Counted from the first letter of the stretch, positions 47,560-57,935 are shown. The stretch: DNA of 64,000 nt from an uncultured Bacteroidales bacterium (GCA_902791295.1 CADAVI010000002.1:270-64269), one strand, 5' to 3'. Translations and numbers: made by a program. The notes: generated by a model from the letters alone, not told the origin.

Positions 47560-48714
47560 ATGGCTCAACGTTTTATACTGAATGAAGTGAGTTATTTCGG
47601 AGCCGATGCACGCCGCGAACTCCCCGAAGTCATCAACCGCATGAATCTCCACAAAGCTCTTGTCTGCTCCGACAAGGGTCTCATCAAAGTGGGCACTACC
47701 AAGATGGTCACCGACGTGCTTGACGAGGCAGGATTCCCCTATGATATCTATTCCGAGATCAAGCCCAACCCCACCGTCACCAACGTAAAACAGGGCGTTG
47801 CAGCCTTCAAGGCCTCCGGAGCAGACTGCATCATCGCCATCGGCGGAGGCAGTTCGATGGACACCGCCAAAGGTATCGGCATTGTGTCCAACAACCCCGA
47901 ATTCTCCGACATCGTCTCCCTCGAAGGTTGCGCCCCGACCAAGCATAAGAGCGTGCCTATCATAGCTCTGCCCACCACCGCCGGCACGGGTGCCGAAGTC
48001 ACCATCAACTACGTCATCATCGATGAAGAGCGTCAGGCCAAAATGGTCTGCGTCGATCCCAACGATATCCCGGCTGTCGCCATCGTTGACCCTGAGCTGA
48101 TGTACTCGCTGCCAAAAGGCCTCACGGCGGCTACCGGCATGGACGCTCTGACGCACGCCATTGAAGGCTACATCACCAAAGGCGCTTGGGTGATGTCCGA
48201 CATGTATGAGCTGCAGGCCATCAAGATGATTGCCGAAAACCTGCCCCTCGCAGTGGAAGAACCCACCAACCCCAAAGGACGCGAAGGCATGGCTCTGGCT
48301 CAGTATATTGCCGCACAGGCCTTCTCCAATGTCGGCCTCGGGCTGGTACACGGCATGGCTCACCCGATGGGCTCTCTGCACGATGTACCCCACGGCGTCG
48401 CCAACGCCTTGCTGCTGCCCACAATTATGGCATTCAACATGCCCACCCGTATAGAAAAATTCGGCATCATCGCACAGCACATGGGCGTTGACACCAAAGG
48501 TATGAGCCCCGAAGAGGCAGCCCAAGCCGCCGTCGATGCCGTTCAGGCTTTGGCCGTGCGTGTCGGCATCCCGCAGCATCTGAGCGACCTGGGCATCACC
48601 GCCGATGACATCCCGGCTCTGGCCGACCAGGCTTTGGCCGATGTCTGCACACCGGGCAATCCGCGCGACGTCACCCTGGACGACATCAAGGCGCTCTACG
48701 CCAAGGTGTTGTAA
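47560..48714 (+). CDS. iron-containing alcohol dehydrogenase (lactaldehyde reductase FucO-like)
   Basis: GGGSSMDTAKG and metal-binding His cluster (HAIEGY, HGMAHP..HG). 384 aa. The antisense 434-aa ORF is rejected. Confidence 0.85.
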   Translation: MAQRFILNEVSYFGADARRELPEVINRMNLHKALVCSDKGLIKVGTTKMVTDVLDEAGFPYDIYSEIKPNPTVTNVKQGVAAFKASGADCIIAIGGGSSMDTAKGIGIVSNNPEFSDIVSLEGCAPTKHKSVPIIALPTTAGTGAEVTINYVIIDEERQAKMVCVDPNDIPAVAIVDPELMYSLPKGLTAATGMDALTHAIEGYITKGAWVMSDMYELQAIKMIAENLPLAVEEPTNPKGREGMALAQYIAAQAFSNVGLGLVHGMAHPMGSLHDVPHGVANALLLPTIMAFNMPTRIEKFGIIAQHMGVDTKGMSPEEAAQAAVDAVQALAVRVGIPQHLSDLGITADDIPALADQALADVCTPGNPRDVTLDDIKALYAKVL

Positions 48715-48723
48715 ACCAAACAA

Positions 48724-50073
48724 ATGAAAACAGACGACTTCTTCCGAGCTTCCGGCCGCATTCCCTCTTGGGCTGCGGCCGTAAGCATTTATGCCACCAT
48801 CATCTCATCGGTGACCTATCTCACTATTCCCGCCAAAGCTTTCGCCACCGACTGGACCTATTATCCCATGTTGCTGACCATCCCGATGGTGGTGCCCCTG
48901 GTGACACGTCGCTACCTGCCCTACTTCCAACGCAGCGGATGCAGTTCGGCCTACGAACTGCTGGAAAGACGGTTTTCACCCTTAACGCGCTGGATGGCCT
49001 CAGGCCTGTTTTGCATCTACATGATTGTGCGCATCGCTCTTGTGCTGTATCTGCCGGCTTTGGCGCTGAGCACCGTAGCAGGATGGAGCATCGTGCTGTG
49101 CATTGTGCTGGTAGCTCTGCCCACGATGATGTACAGCGCCGTCGGCGGTCTGAAGGCGGTCATTTGGGGCGATGTCGTTCAGGGAGCGGTGCTCATCCTG
49201 GGTGCCATTTTCTCGCTGGCTTACCTCATCACCCACACCGAAGGAGGAGCGGAAGGCTTCATCAGCTTGGCATTTGAAGCAGACAAGATACGCATGGTGG
49301 ACTGGGACATGAGCGCCTGCAAGGCCACCTGGTGGGTGATTCTGGTGGGCGGGCTGGCCTCCAACCTCATCTCCTACACCAGCGACCAAACCATCATCCA
49401 ACGCTATATGGCCACACGCGACATCGCGGCCGGCAGCCGCAGCCTGTGGATAAACGCCTGGCTCTACATCGGCAGTTCCGTGCTGTTTTACGCCATCGGC
49501 ACGGGGCTCTATACCTTTTATACCACACACGCATTGCCCGAAATGAGCATCGATGCCGTCTATCCCTACTTCATCGTGCACCAACTGCCCGCCGCCGTCA
49601 GCATTCTTCTGGTGGTTGCACTGGCAGCAGCCACGATGAGCACCGTGTCCTCTTGCATCAACTCACTGGCCACCGCGTTTTGCATGGACTTCGTACAACG
49701 GTTGCGCCCCTCCATCTCCGAACGACGATTGCTCTTCTCCGCCCGTCTGGCCAGCATTGCCGGAGGCACGATGGGGCTCGCCGTGGCCCTCATGATGAGC
49801 ACGTGGCAAATCAGTTCGCTGCTTGACTACTTCAACACCACACTCGGATTGCTCACTTCCGGACTGGGCAGCCTCTTTTTTATGGCTGTCTTTATGCCGA
49901 AGCTCAAAGCCGCCGTCGCCCTGACGGGGTTCATTGTCGGAGAAGCGGTGGTGTTTGCCGTATGGCTTCTGACTCCGCTCAACTTCTTTCTTTACGGCGC
50001 TATCGGCTTAGCCGCCAGCCTCGGCACATCAGCCGTATTAAACCTTTTGACCCGCCGGAAGTCTAAACTATGA
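48724..50073 (+). CDS. sodium:solute symporter family transporter, short N-terminus
   Basis: The DDFFRASGRIPSWAAAVSIYATIISSVTYLTIPAKAF motif normally follows a first TM helix, which is absent here. About 12 TM segments. Confidence 0.8.
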   Translation: MKTDDFFRASGRIPSWAAAVSIYATIISSVTYLTIPAKAFATDWTYYPMLLTIPMVVPLVTRRYLPYFQRSGCSSAYELLERRFSPLTRWMASGLFCIYMIVRIALVLYLPALALSTVAGWSIVLCIVLVALPTMMYSAVGGLKAVIWGDVVQGAVLILGAIFSLAYLITHTEGGAEGFISLAFEADKIRMVDWDMSACKATWWVILVGGLASNLISYTSDQTIIQRYMATRDIAAGSRSLWINAWLYIGSSVLFYAIGTGLYTFYTTHALPEMSIDAVYPYFIVHQLPAAVSILLVVALAAATMSTVSSCINSLATAFCMDFVQRLRPSISERRLLFSARLASIAGGTMGLAVALMMSTWQISSLLDYFNTTLGLLTSGLGSLFFMAVFMPKLKAAVALTGFIVGEAVVFAVWLLTPLNFFLYGAIGLAASLGTSAVLNLLTRRKSKL

Positions 50074-50096
50074 CAAACCGCTAAAATCATAACGCT

Positions 50097-50615
50097 ATGA
50101 AGAAATTCTTTATTGCCATCATGGCACTCACTATGACGTTGGGCGTTTGCGCTCAGGACAGCATCGGAAACGCACGTTCCGAACGCCGCGAGTCGAACCG
50201 TCCCGGACGACAAAGAAGGGAGTTCACCCCGGAAGAGGTCGCCGCCAAGCAGGCGATGGACCTCAAGGAAAAAATCGGGGGCATCTCCGACCTGCAGTAC
50301 GAACAGATTTATGCCATCTATCTGTGGCGCGCTCAGGAGAGCAAACACGAGAGGGATTCCATCATGGCCAACAGGAAAGAAGGAGAACGCCCTCAGATGA
50401 ACCGCGAAAAGATGCAGCAGAGGGAAAACGTCGTGGTGGACGCTCTCAAGCTGATTCTCGACGAGAAGCAGTATGCCGCCTACGAAAAAATGCAAAACGA
50501 ACAACGCCAGCGCATGCGCCAACGTCAACGCCAGCGTCAGATGCAGAGACGCGAAGGAGAACGCATGGAGGGACTCCGCGAACCCGGCAGGATGAGCGAC
50601 GAAAATATGTTCTGA
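50097..50615 (+). CDS. secreted R/Q/E-rich hypothetical protein (possibly DUF4890/Spy-like)
   Basis: Signal peptide MKKFFIAIMALTMTLGVCAQ. Charged helical body with an RQRQRQRQ run. Confidence 0.55.
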   Translation: MKKFFIAIMALTMTLGVCAQDSIGNARSERRESNRPGRQRREFTPEEVAAKQAMDLKEKIGGISDLQYEQIYAIYLWRAQESKHERDSIMANRKEGERPQMNREKMQQRENVVVDALKLILDEKQYAAYEKMQNEQRQRMRQRQRQRQMQRREGERMEGLREPGRMSDENMF

Positions 50616-50650
50616 GCATTCTCGCCGCAGTACCCGTTTTACAAAACAAG

Positions 50651-50686
50651 AAAACTCCCCGCTACCATAGCGAGGAGTTTTCTTTT
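50651..50686. terminator. bidirectional terminator hairpin (14-bp stem, one mismatch)
   Basis: AAAACTCCCCGCTA-cca-TAGCGAGGAGTTTT with T-rich runs on both strands. Lies between gene 50097..50615 (+) and tRNA-His (-). Confidence 0.7.
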
Positions 50687-50763
50687 GGGGTGTCTAGTGG
50701 GACTCGAACCCACGACATTCAGAACCACAATCTGACGCTCTAACCAACTGAACTATAGACACC
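50686..50763 (-). tRNA. tRNA-His (GTG) with encoded G-1 and CCA
   Basis: Reverse complement reads GGTGTCTATAGTTCAGTTGGTTAGAGCGTCAGATTGTGGTTCTGAATGTCGTGGGTTCGAGTCCCACTAGACACCCCA. The cloverleaf folds, the anticodon loop is TTGTGGT, and the extra 5' G pairs with C73. Confidence 0.9.
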
Positions 50764-50792
50764 GTGTTGGTGGTCTTTCGTAAAAACCGCCG

Positions 50793-50800
50793 CAAAGGTA
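50793..50800 (-). promoter_or_regulatory. -7 box TACCTTTG
   Basis: Plus-strand CAAAGGTA, 30 nt upstream of the tRNA-His 5' end. Confidence 0.45.
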
Positions 50801-50839
50801 GGGATTTTTCCCGACTCCACCAAAAAAATGTTCAACTTT

Positions 50840-51718
50840 TTATGCGTAAACCTGTTTTTTTCCCGCTGCGAGGGTATTGAGCATGAGCATACAGATGGTC
50901 ATGGGCCCCACTCCGCCGGGAACGGGTGTGATATAGGAACACTTCGGAGCCACGTGCTCAAAGTCCACGTCACCCTGCAGACGGAAGCCGCTCTTACGGG
51001 TGGCATCAGGCACACGGGTGGTGCCGACATCGATGACCACAGCGCCCTCCTTCACCATGTCGGCTGTCACAAAAGCCGGACGTCCGATGGCCGCAATCAC
51101 AATATCTGCTGCCGCACACTCTTCCTTAAGATTGGCGGAATGTGAGTGTAATACCGTCACGGTGGCATCGCCGTACTGCTTCTGCAGCATCAGCTGCGCC
51201 ATGGGCTTGCCCACGATGTTGGAACGGCCGAGCACGGCCACCTTCTTACCACTGGTCGGAATGTTGTAGCGCTGCAGGAGCGTGAGGATGCCCAGGGGCG
51301 TGGCCGAGATGAAGCACGGCAGACCGATGGCCATACGCCCGACGTTGACGGGATGGAATCCGTCCACATCCTTGCGGTAGTCAATGGCCTCCGTCACCTT
51401 CTGCTCTGAAATATGGCGCGGCAAGGGCAGCTGCACGATGAAGCCGTCCACGCTGTCGTCCCTGTTGAGGCGATCCACCACGGCGAGTAGTTCCTCCTCC
51501 GTGATGTCGTCCTCATAGCGCAGCAGCGTGCTCCGGAAGCCGCAGGCCTCACAGGCCAGCACCTTGTTCTTCACATAAGTCTCGCTTCCGCCGTCGTGAC
51601 CCACCAGCACAGCGGCCAGATGAGGACGTTTGCCGCCTTTGCTCACAATCTCTTCCACCTCAGCTTTGATTTCGGCCTTGATGGCTGCTGCAGTGGCTTT
51701 TCCGTCTATCAATGTCAT
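50840..51718 (-). CDS. folD: bifunctional methylenetetrahydrofolate dehydrogenase/cyclohydrolase
   Basis: [15 protein letters not shown].., [14 protein letters not shown] and PGGVGPMT motifs. 292 aa. Confidence 0.95.
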   Translation of the reverse strand: MTLIDGKATAAAIKAEIKAEVEEIVSKGGKRPHLAAVLVGHDGGSETYVKNKVLACEACGFRSTLLRYEDDITEEELLAVVDRLNRDDSVDGFIVQLPLPRHISEQKVTEAIDYRKDVDGFHPVNVGRMAIGLPCFISATPLGILTLLQRYNIPTSGKKVAVLGRSNIVGKPMAQLMLQKQYGDATVTVLHSHSANLKEECAAADIVIAAIGRPAFVTADMVKEGAVVIDVGTTRVPDATRKSGFRLQGDVDFEHVAPKCSYITPVPGGVGPMTICMLMLNTLAAGKKQVYA

Positions 51719-51747
51719 GCTTGAAAATCCTTTGTTAAATATTCATT

Positions 51748-53094
51748 TTAAAATCCGGGGCGACCCTTCATCGCACGCGCCATTTGCGCCATAGCGGCGG
51801 GATTGGTGGCCATCTTCATCACCTTGCGTGTCTGGTCGAACTGCTTGATGAGCCGGTTCACCTCTTCCAGCTTCGTGCCCGAACCCTTGGCAATACGCAT
51901 CTTGCGCGAGGTGTTAAGACACTCGGGATGCTGGCGCTCCTTCGGCGTCATCGACTGGATAATGGCTTCGATGCCCTTAAAGGCGTTGTCGTCGATATCC
52001 ACATCCTTGAGCGCCTTGCCCACACCGGGAATCATAGAGGCCAGGTCCTTGATGTTGCCCATCTTCTTGATGGTCTGTATCTGCTTGTAGAAGTCATCGA
52101 AATCGAACTTATTCTTCTTGATGCGTTCCTCCAGGCGGCGGGCTTCCTTCTCGTCGAACTGCTCCTGCGCACGTTCCACCAGCGACACCACATCACCCAT
52201 ACCGAGAATGCGGTCGGCCATACGCTCGGGATGGAACACATCAATGGCCTCCATCTTCTCGCCCGTGCCGATAAACTTGATGGGTTTGTCAACCACCGTA
52301 CGGATGGACAAGGCCGCACCGCCGCGCGTGTCGCCATCGAGTTTGGTGAGCACCACGCCGGAGTAGTCGAGGCGGTCGTTGAACTCCTTGGCCGTGTTGA
52401 CGGCGTCCTGTCCGGTCATCGCATCAACCACAAAGAGTATCTCGTGGGGATTAACGGCATCGCGGATGTCCTGTATCTGCTGCATCAGTTCCTCATCCAC
52501 AGCCAGACGTCCGGCCGTATCAATAATAACCACATCGTTGGCTTTGGCCTTAGCCTCCTGTATGGCGTTGAGGGCAACAGCCACAGGGTCGGTGGCGCCC
52601 TCCTCCATATAAACGGGCACGCCTATCTGTTCGCCGAGCACCTTCAACTGCTCCATGGCGGCGGGGCGGAAGGTGTCGCAGGCAGCCAGCAGGGGGTGTT
52701 TCTGGCGCTTGTCGCGCAACATTTTGGCCAACTTGCCGGAGAAGGTTGTCTTACCCGAACCGTTGAGGCCGGCCATGAGGATGACCGTGGGCTGTCCGAT
52801 GCGTCCGGGCAGAGCGAGTTCCGAGGATTCTCCGCCCATGAGCAGGGCCAACTCGTCGTGCACAATCTTCACCATCAGCTGGTGGGGCTTCACTGCCGTC
52901 AGCACATTTTGTCCCAAAGCCTTCTGCTTCACCTGGTCGGTGAACGTCTTGGCCACTTTGTAGTTGACATCGGCATCGAGCAGGGCGCGACGCACATCTT
53001 TCAGCGTCTCCGCCACATTGATCTCGGTGATTTTGCCTTCACCCTTCAGTATTTTCCATGAGCGCTCCAAGCGCTCGCTCAAACTGTCAAACAT
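51748..53094 (-). CDS. ffh: signal recognition particle protein Ffh
   Basis: NG domain GLNGSGKTT, DTAGR, TKLDGD, and a Met-rich M domain. 448 aa. Confidence 0.95.
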   Translation of the reverse strand: MFDSLSERLERSWKILKGEGKITEINVAETLKDVRRALLDADVNYKVAKTFTDQVKQKALGQNVLTAVKPHQLMVKIVHDELALLMGGESSELALPGRIGQPTVILMAGLNGSGKTTFSGKLAKMLRDKRQKHPLLAACDTFRPAAMEQLKVLGEQIGVPVYMEEGATDPVAVALNAIQEAKAKANDVVIIDTAGRLAVDEELMQQIQDIRDAVNPHEILFVVDAMTGQDAVNTAKEFNDRLDYSGVVLTKLDGDTRGGAALSIRTVVDKPIKFIGTGEKMEAIDVFHPERMADRILGMGDVVSLVERAQEQFDEKEARRLEERIKKNKFDFDDFYKQIQTIKKMGNIKDLASMIPGVGKALKDVDIDDNAFKGIEAIIQSMTPKERQHPECLNTSRKMRIAKGSGTKLEEVNRLIKQFDQTRKVMKMATNPAAMAQMARAMKGRPGF

Positions 53095-53143
53095 CTACTT
53101 TCTTTTCTTCTTATATTTTTACCTTAAACTTTTTGCTTCTTGT

Positions 53144-56100
53144 CTATTTCAGGAACTTGACGGAACACTCTTCTCCGTCAGCCGTCACGCGGGCCACATA
53201 GAGTCCGTCCTTCATGCCGCTGACATTCATCACGGCTCGTCCGCCGCTCACGCTGAGCTGACGGCGGTCGAGCATCGCGCCGTTCATGCCGTAGATGCTG
53301 ACGGTGACGCTTCCGGCCTCCTCGCTGCCAATATAGAGGTTACCGCCGTAGTAGCGCACACTCAGACTGCCGGAGCGGTCACCGCCCTCTTCAGCCAGCG
53401 AATTGATGGCTGTAGGATCGACGGGGATGACGTATTCCCTGGCATTCGACGTGATGGTGTTCTGCTTGTCGATGGTGGGCAACGACATCAGATAAGTCTG
53501 TACGCCGCCGTCGGGGAATCGGCCGACGGTCTGATCTCCGTTCATCACGCGGTAAGGCAGCGAATCCACCCATTCATATTTCTTTTTGTCCGCATCATAC
53601 TTACCGATGGCCACATAGAGCTGTTCGGTGGCCGAATTGGACAGCTTGAAGTTAGCATGAATCTGCGTATTCTCCGCCGTAATGTTCTTGTAGCGGTCAC
53701 CGCACCAAATCAGTTTGTAGCCGTGAGCGGGAATAATGGTGGAAGCCTTCGAGTGCACGGAGGGATTGCTCTTCGTGGCTGTTGTAATCTGCCACTTGGC
53801 GGGATTGTCTCTGCGGTCGGTGATGTAGAGACCGGCCAAATCGATATCCGCGTCGGTGGTGTTGTAGAGTTCTACCCAGTCGTCCTTCTTGAAGAAGTCA
53901 TTGATGTAAATGCTGTTGCCGGCACTCACCTCATTGATGACAATGGGCGCTGTGGACAGACCCTCTTCCTTCTTTTCTTCGTCGGTCAGAGGCTCCCAAA
54001 CGGCTTTCAGGTTATAGCTTGCAGAAGCCTCCAGATTCATCTCCTGGTCAGTGCTTACAATCTGGCCTCCGCCGCCTCCGCCGCTGTAGTTCTGCTGAAG
54101 CGAGGCGTCGAAATAGACATCCGATGACGTACCGCTTTGGTTGTGCACCTCGACGGCAATCACGTTTTCTCCTTTCTTAAAATAAGTGGCCGCGATGTTG
54201 ACGACATCGGTGTCGTAGGGGTCCGAGCCGTAGGCGGAAGCATAGTCCGTGTAGGCCGCTCCGCTGTTGAGGCGCTTGCGGGCCACCTCCTGTCCGTTGA
54301 CGTAGATGATGTAGCCGTCGTCGAAGTTGACGGTCATCTTGAATACGTCGTCGGAGGCAGGCGTCATCGCAAGGTTGCAGGTCTTGCGGAAATAGTAGGT
54401 CGGGCGCTTGCTGTTGGCATTAGGACCGGCGTCCAGCGTGGTGACAATCACGGCGCCGTCGTTGCGGCTGCGGAAGCCGAAGAGTCCGTCGCCCGTGCGC
54501 CAGTTGACCTGTGTGCCGGCGGTCTTCCAATCGGTACCGGTCAGGTCGCCCTGATCGTAATACTGCCATGCGGCGTTCATGGGCCAGAGCGTCGTGCTTT
54601 CCGAACTGCCGTCAACGTCCATCCAACCGACGAAGCGATAGCCGCTCGGGGCTTTTGCCTTCAACGTGACGGGATAGAACAGCCGTCCTGAAAACTTACC
54701 CGTAGGCACGGGCATATCGTTCACCAGCAGCTGCCCCGCCTCAATGTTGCTGGAGAGCGACGCCGTCAGCTCGCCCGTGGCACTCAGATAGTTAGCCATA
54801 TAGTTCACCTGACGGGTCTGCAGGTCGGCCGTAAGGGCGTTGAGCAAATTCTGGGCGTGCTGGTTGACGTACCACATGTTGTAGTAGTTCTCTTTCGCAA
54901 AGAGGTTGGCCATCCGGTCGCGAATCTCCTCCACGATGGCGGCACAGCGCTGAGGCTCAAACACGCTGCCGGCCACGAGGCAATAGGTGTCGATGAACTT
55001 CTTCCTGAACTCTTCGTTCTCCAACATATTGAGGAACATGGTCACCAGTTTGATTTCCTCCGTGATGCGGTAGGAACTGCCGTCCTCGTTGTAGATGGAG
55101 TAGAAGGTGTAGATTCTCTGGTTGGCGAAATCGGTGAAGGGATTGAAGTTGCGGTCGTAGCAGTTGTCCAAGTCGAAGATAACGAAGTGGAACTTGCCGC
55201 CGTCGCTCTTGTCGCGGAAGGCCTTGAGGTTGTTGTGGGGCCAGTCCCAGTTGTTGGTGTAGAGCTGCACGGCAAAGTAGTTGGTAAACTCGTCGATGTC
55301 CACCAGTTCGCAGATGCGTTGCCAGCTGTGTTCGTCGTAGGCCGTCTTGGCTGCTTCATACCATTCGTCGAAAGCTTTGCTGTCGCCCACGGTCTGCACG
55401 TAGCCGGAATCCACGCTCATCTCGAAGGCGTCCTGCAGGTCGGTGTCCAAGCCGTAGTTGGAGTAGCCGTACTGCTTATTGGTCACCTCGCGGATGTTCA
55501 TCAGGCCCTTGAACTCGCCGTTGAGGAACACATACGAGGAACTCGTCTCCTGACCGTCGCAGTAGATGCCCGAGCGCATGATGATTTGCTGCAGCATGTT
55601 GTCCTTGCAGCGGCTCACATTGTAGTAGTCGTTGCCGCCGTTGCGCAGCATCAACTGCTTGTATTTGTTGTAGGGCTTGGCCTCAAACCATGTATTCGAG
55701 AGTTCGTTGATGCCGTAGGTCTTGGTGGCCTTGAGCTTGAAGGAGAGCAGGTTGCTGTGGGTCATACCCCACATACGGCTCCATCCGCCCGAGATGGACA
55801 TATCCACCTCCTGCGAGAAGTTGATGTCTTTGTTTCCGTCGATATACTCAAAGCTGACGGGGCGCTCCCAGTCCATGTTCCAGTTGGCTTTGTCCGTACC
55901 GGTCACGCCGTTGCCGCTGCGGCCGTTGGTGCCTTTGGTGTAGATGCCTATCTCGTCGTCGTAGAGATTCTCGGGAGCGGTATTGACGATGACCAGAGGC
56001 AGGTCGTAGTCGCGGTCGTTGTATATCCAGCTGCGCGTCACCACCTCGGAGGGAATCATGCCCGTCTTGAAGAGGCGGAAGCGGTAGATGGCCGTTGCGT

Positions 56101-57916
56101 CCACGTTGCCGGAAAATCCGCCGCCCTGACTGCTGCCGCCGTTGCTCAGCGTGGGCGTGCTGCCGTCGGTGGTGTAAACGAGTGTGGCGTCGGAGGGATA
56201 GGTCACGGTGAAGGTGAAGGGCGAGGTGAAGAGGCCCGACTGACGGTCCACCGTTGGAACGCCAAGTTGCGAGTTGGCAAAGGCGCTCGTGGCGTTGGTG
56301 GCCTCGGGCGTAGGCTCTGCGGTGACGGCCCAGGCGCCCGTGCCGTCGGTCTTGCGGGCATAGCTGGTGCGGCCCGTCAGAGAGGGGAAGGCCTGCGTGG
56401 CCAGCACCTCACCGTCACGGCTGAGCACGCTGACGGCGCCGCCGTCCGTGTCGAGTTTCCAATCCACCTGCTTGTAGGCCCACTTGCCGTATTGTCCGTC
56501 GTAGTGGTCAAACCACACGTTCTTGAATCCACCGGCGGGAATGGCGCCGTAGTCCATCGGCAGGCGGGTCTCATAGCCTCTCAGGTCGTCCCTGATGATG
56601 ACGCCGCCCAGGTCGGCCGACTGCGCCGTGGGGTTGTAGAGTTCCACCCATCCGCCGTAGTTGTAAGAAGGGTCGAGGAACATATCCACGTTGCGCGTCT
56701 GTATCTCGTTGATGAAGAGGTTGTCTTTCGTAGCCGGATGCGAGGTCACAATCAGGGTGCACCGGTCGCTCTTATTCGTGCCGTCGCGGCTCGTAGCCGT
56801 GATGATGCACTGTCCGGCTTCCACACCGGTGATGACTCCGTTCTCATCCACTGTGGCCACATTTTCGTCGCTGCTCTGCCACGAGAGCGAGGTATCGGTG
56901 GCGGTGGCGGGCAACACGGTGACGTTCAGCGTGCGCATCTCTCCCTTTTCCATGATTGGCGCGTGGTCGGCGAAGGTCACGCTGGTCACACCGGTCTGCG
57001 TCACTCTTACGGTGCACGATCCCGTCACACCGCTGCCGTCGAGGGCCGAAGCGGTGATGGTGGCCGTTCCTGCCCATACGGCTGTCACGACGCCGTTCTC
57101 ATCCACCGTAGCAACACTCTCGTTGCTGCTCTCCCACTTCAGCTTCTGTACAGTGGCCGTGGAGGGCTGCACCGTCGGGGTGAGCTGCTTGGTCGAGAAG
57201 CGCTGCACGCGGTAGTTGGCGGGAGAGAGGGTGATGGCCGTCACGGGCTGCATATCGCCGTAGAACTCCAGCTTCCAGTTGCTCCAAATGGTCCAGTTCT
57301 CCGCGATACGCTGCCCGGCGCCATCGTCAGGACAGGCCATACCGAAGGAGAGCGTGCCGTCCGTCACGTCAAACTCCAGACTGTTGGGATAGGCACCTGT
57401 GGAGAAACGGGCGCTGGCGCCCTCCATGTTGTTGGGATAAAAACGGTTGGCGCCGCCCACGCGCAACGAGTTGTCGCCGCCGTTGATTCGGGTGGCGGTA
57501 TATTCGCTATAGACACTCTTGACGGGCTGCTGCACGCCGTTGGCATAGATATAGGCATCGCGCTGCGCCGTGGCCTCGCTGTAGTTTTGGGCGGCATCGC
57601 TGCTGAAACCGCCTGGGCGGTAGTAGGCGTTCACCGAGAGGCGGTATTTGCCGTTGGGCAGTCCGTTCTGCTCCTGCCCCACCCTGAAATAGGCATACCA
57701 CATCTCCATCGCCTGGTAGTTGACGTTGTAGCCTCCGTACCAATAACCGGGATAGAGCGTCCATCCTGCCGATTCGTTGTTTTCATACCTGGGATTGGCG
57801 ATGTAAGCCTCCGTCACATCAACCCACTCTGCCGCGCCTACGCGCACGAATAAAAAAGTAAAAAAAATGACAACCCCCAAGGGTGTCAATTTCAGCATGC
57901 TTCTCATGGGCATCAC
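53144..57916 (-). CDS. 1590-aa secreted CotH-kinase-family protein with 2 Big_2 domains, 2 lamin-tail (LTD) domains and a T9SS C-terminal sorting domain
   Basis: Signal peptide. Big_2 repeats (VTAITLSP...ATVDENGVVTAV.. twice). LTD motifs (LFINEIQ...GGWVELYNPT..DLGG and IVINEVSAG...DDWVELYNTTDADIDLAG). Central CotH-like region (..LMLRNGGNDY..FLNGEFKGLMNIRE..). C-terminal beta-sandwich tail ..LYVARVTADGEECSVKFLK. Confidence 0.85.
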   Translation of the reverse strand: MMPMRSMLKLTPLGVVIFFTFLFVRVGAAEWVDVTEAYIANPRYENNESAGWTLYPGYWYGGYNVNYQAMEMWYAYFRVGQEQNGLPNGKYRLSVNAYYRPGGFSSDAAQNYSEATAQRDAYIYANGVQQPVKSVYSEYTATRINGGDNSLRVGGANRFYPNNMEGASARFSTGAYPNSLEFDVTDGTLSFGMACPDDGAGQRIAENWTIWSNWKLEFYGDMQPVTAITLSPANYRVQRFSTKQLTPTVQPSTATVQKLKWESSNESVATVDENGVVTAVWAGTATITASALDGSGVTGSCTVRVTQTGVTSVTFADHAPIMEKGEMRTLNVTVLPATATDTSLSWQSSDENVATVDENGVITGVEAGQCIITATSRDGTNKSDRCTLIVTSHPATKDNLFINEIQTRNVDMFLDPSYNYGGWVELYNPTAQSADLGGVIIRDDLRGYETRLPMDYGAIPAGGFKNVWFDHYDGQYGKWAYKQVDWKLDTDGGAVSVLSRDGEVLATQAFPSLTGRTSYARKTDGTGAWAVTAEPTPEATNATSAFANSQLGVPTVDRQSGLFTSPFTFTVTYPSDATLVYTTDGSTPTLSNGGSSQGGGFSGNVDATAIYRFRLFKTGMIPSEVVTRSWIYNDRDYDLPLVIVNTAPENLYDDEIGIYTKGTNGRSGNGVTGTDKANWNMDWERPVSFEYIDGNKDINFSQEVDMSISGGWSRMWGMTHSNLLSFKLKATKTYGINELSNTWFEAKPYNKYKQLMLRNGGNDYYNVSRCKDNMLQQIIMRSGIYCDGQETSSSYVFLNGEFKGLMNIREVTNKQYGYSNYGLDTDLQDAFEMSVDSGYVQTVGDSKAFDEWYEAAKTAYDEHSWQRICELVDIDEFTNYFAVQLYTNNWDWPHNNLKAFRDKSDGGKFHFVIFDLDNCYDRNFNPFTDFANQRIYTFYSIYNEDGSSYRITEEIKLVTMFLNMLENEEFRKKFIDTYCLVAGSVFEPQRCAAIVEEIRDRMANLFAKENYYNMWYVNQHAQNLLNALTADLQTRQVNYMANYLSATGELTASLSSNIEAGQLLVNDMPVPTGKFSGRLFYPVTLKAKAPSGYRFVGWMDVDGSSESTTLWPMNAAWQYYDQGDLTGTDWKTAGTQVNWRTGDGLFGFRSRNDGAVIVTTLDAGPNANSKRPTYYFRKTCNLAMTPASDDVFKMTVNFDDGYIIYVNGQEVARKRLNSGAAYTDYASAYGSDPYDTDVVNIAATYFKKGENVIAVEVHNQSGTSSDVYFDASLQQNYSGGGGGGQIVSTDQEMNLEASASYNLKAVWEPLTDEEKKEEGLSTAPIVINEVSAGNSIYINDFFKKDDWVELYNTTDADIDLAGLYITDRRDNPAKWQITTATKSNPSVHSKASTIIPAHGYKLIWCGDRYKNITAENTQIHANFKLSNSATEQLYVAIGKYDADKKKYEWVDSLPYRVMNGDQTVGRFPDGGVQTYLMSLPTIDKQNTITSNAREYVIPVDPTAINSLAEEGGDRSGSLSVRYYGGNLYIGSEEAGSVTVSIYGMNGAMLDRRQLSVSGGRAVMNVSGMKDGLYVARVTADGEECSVKFLK

Positions 57917-57935
57917 ATCATTTGTCGTTGTGTCT

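Noticed and set aside
54857-57853. 998-aa plus-strand ORF opposite the CotH-family gene, and 62455..63930 / 61639..62370 opposite tamB
   Set aside because: These are shadow ORFs. The real frames show Big_2, LTD and T9SS-tail motifs (minus strand) and a DUF490-like pattern (plus strand).
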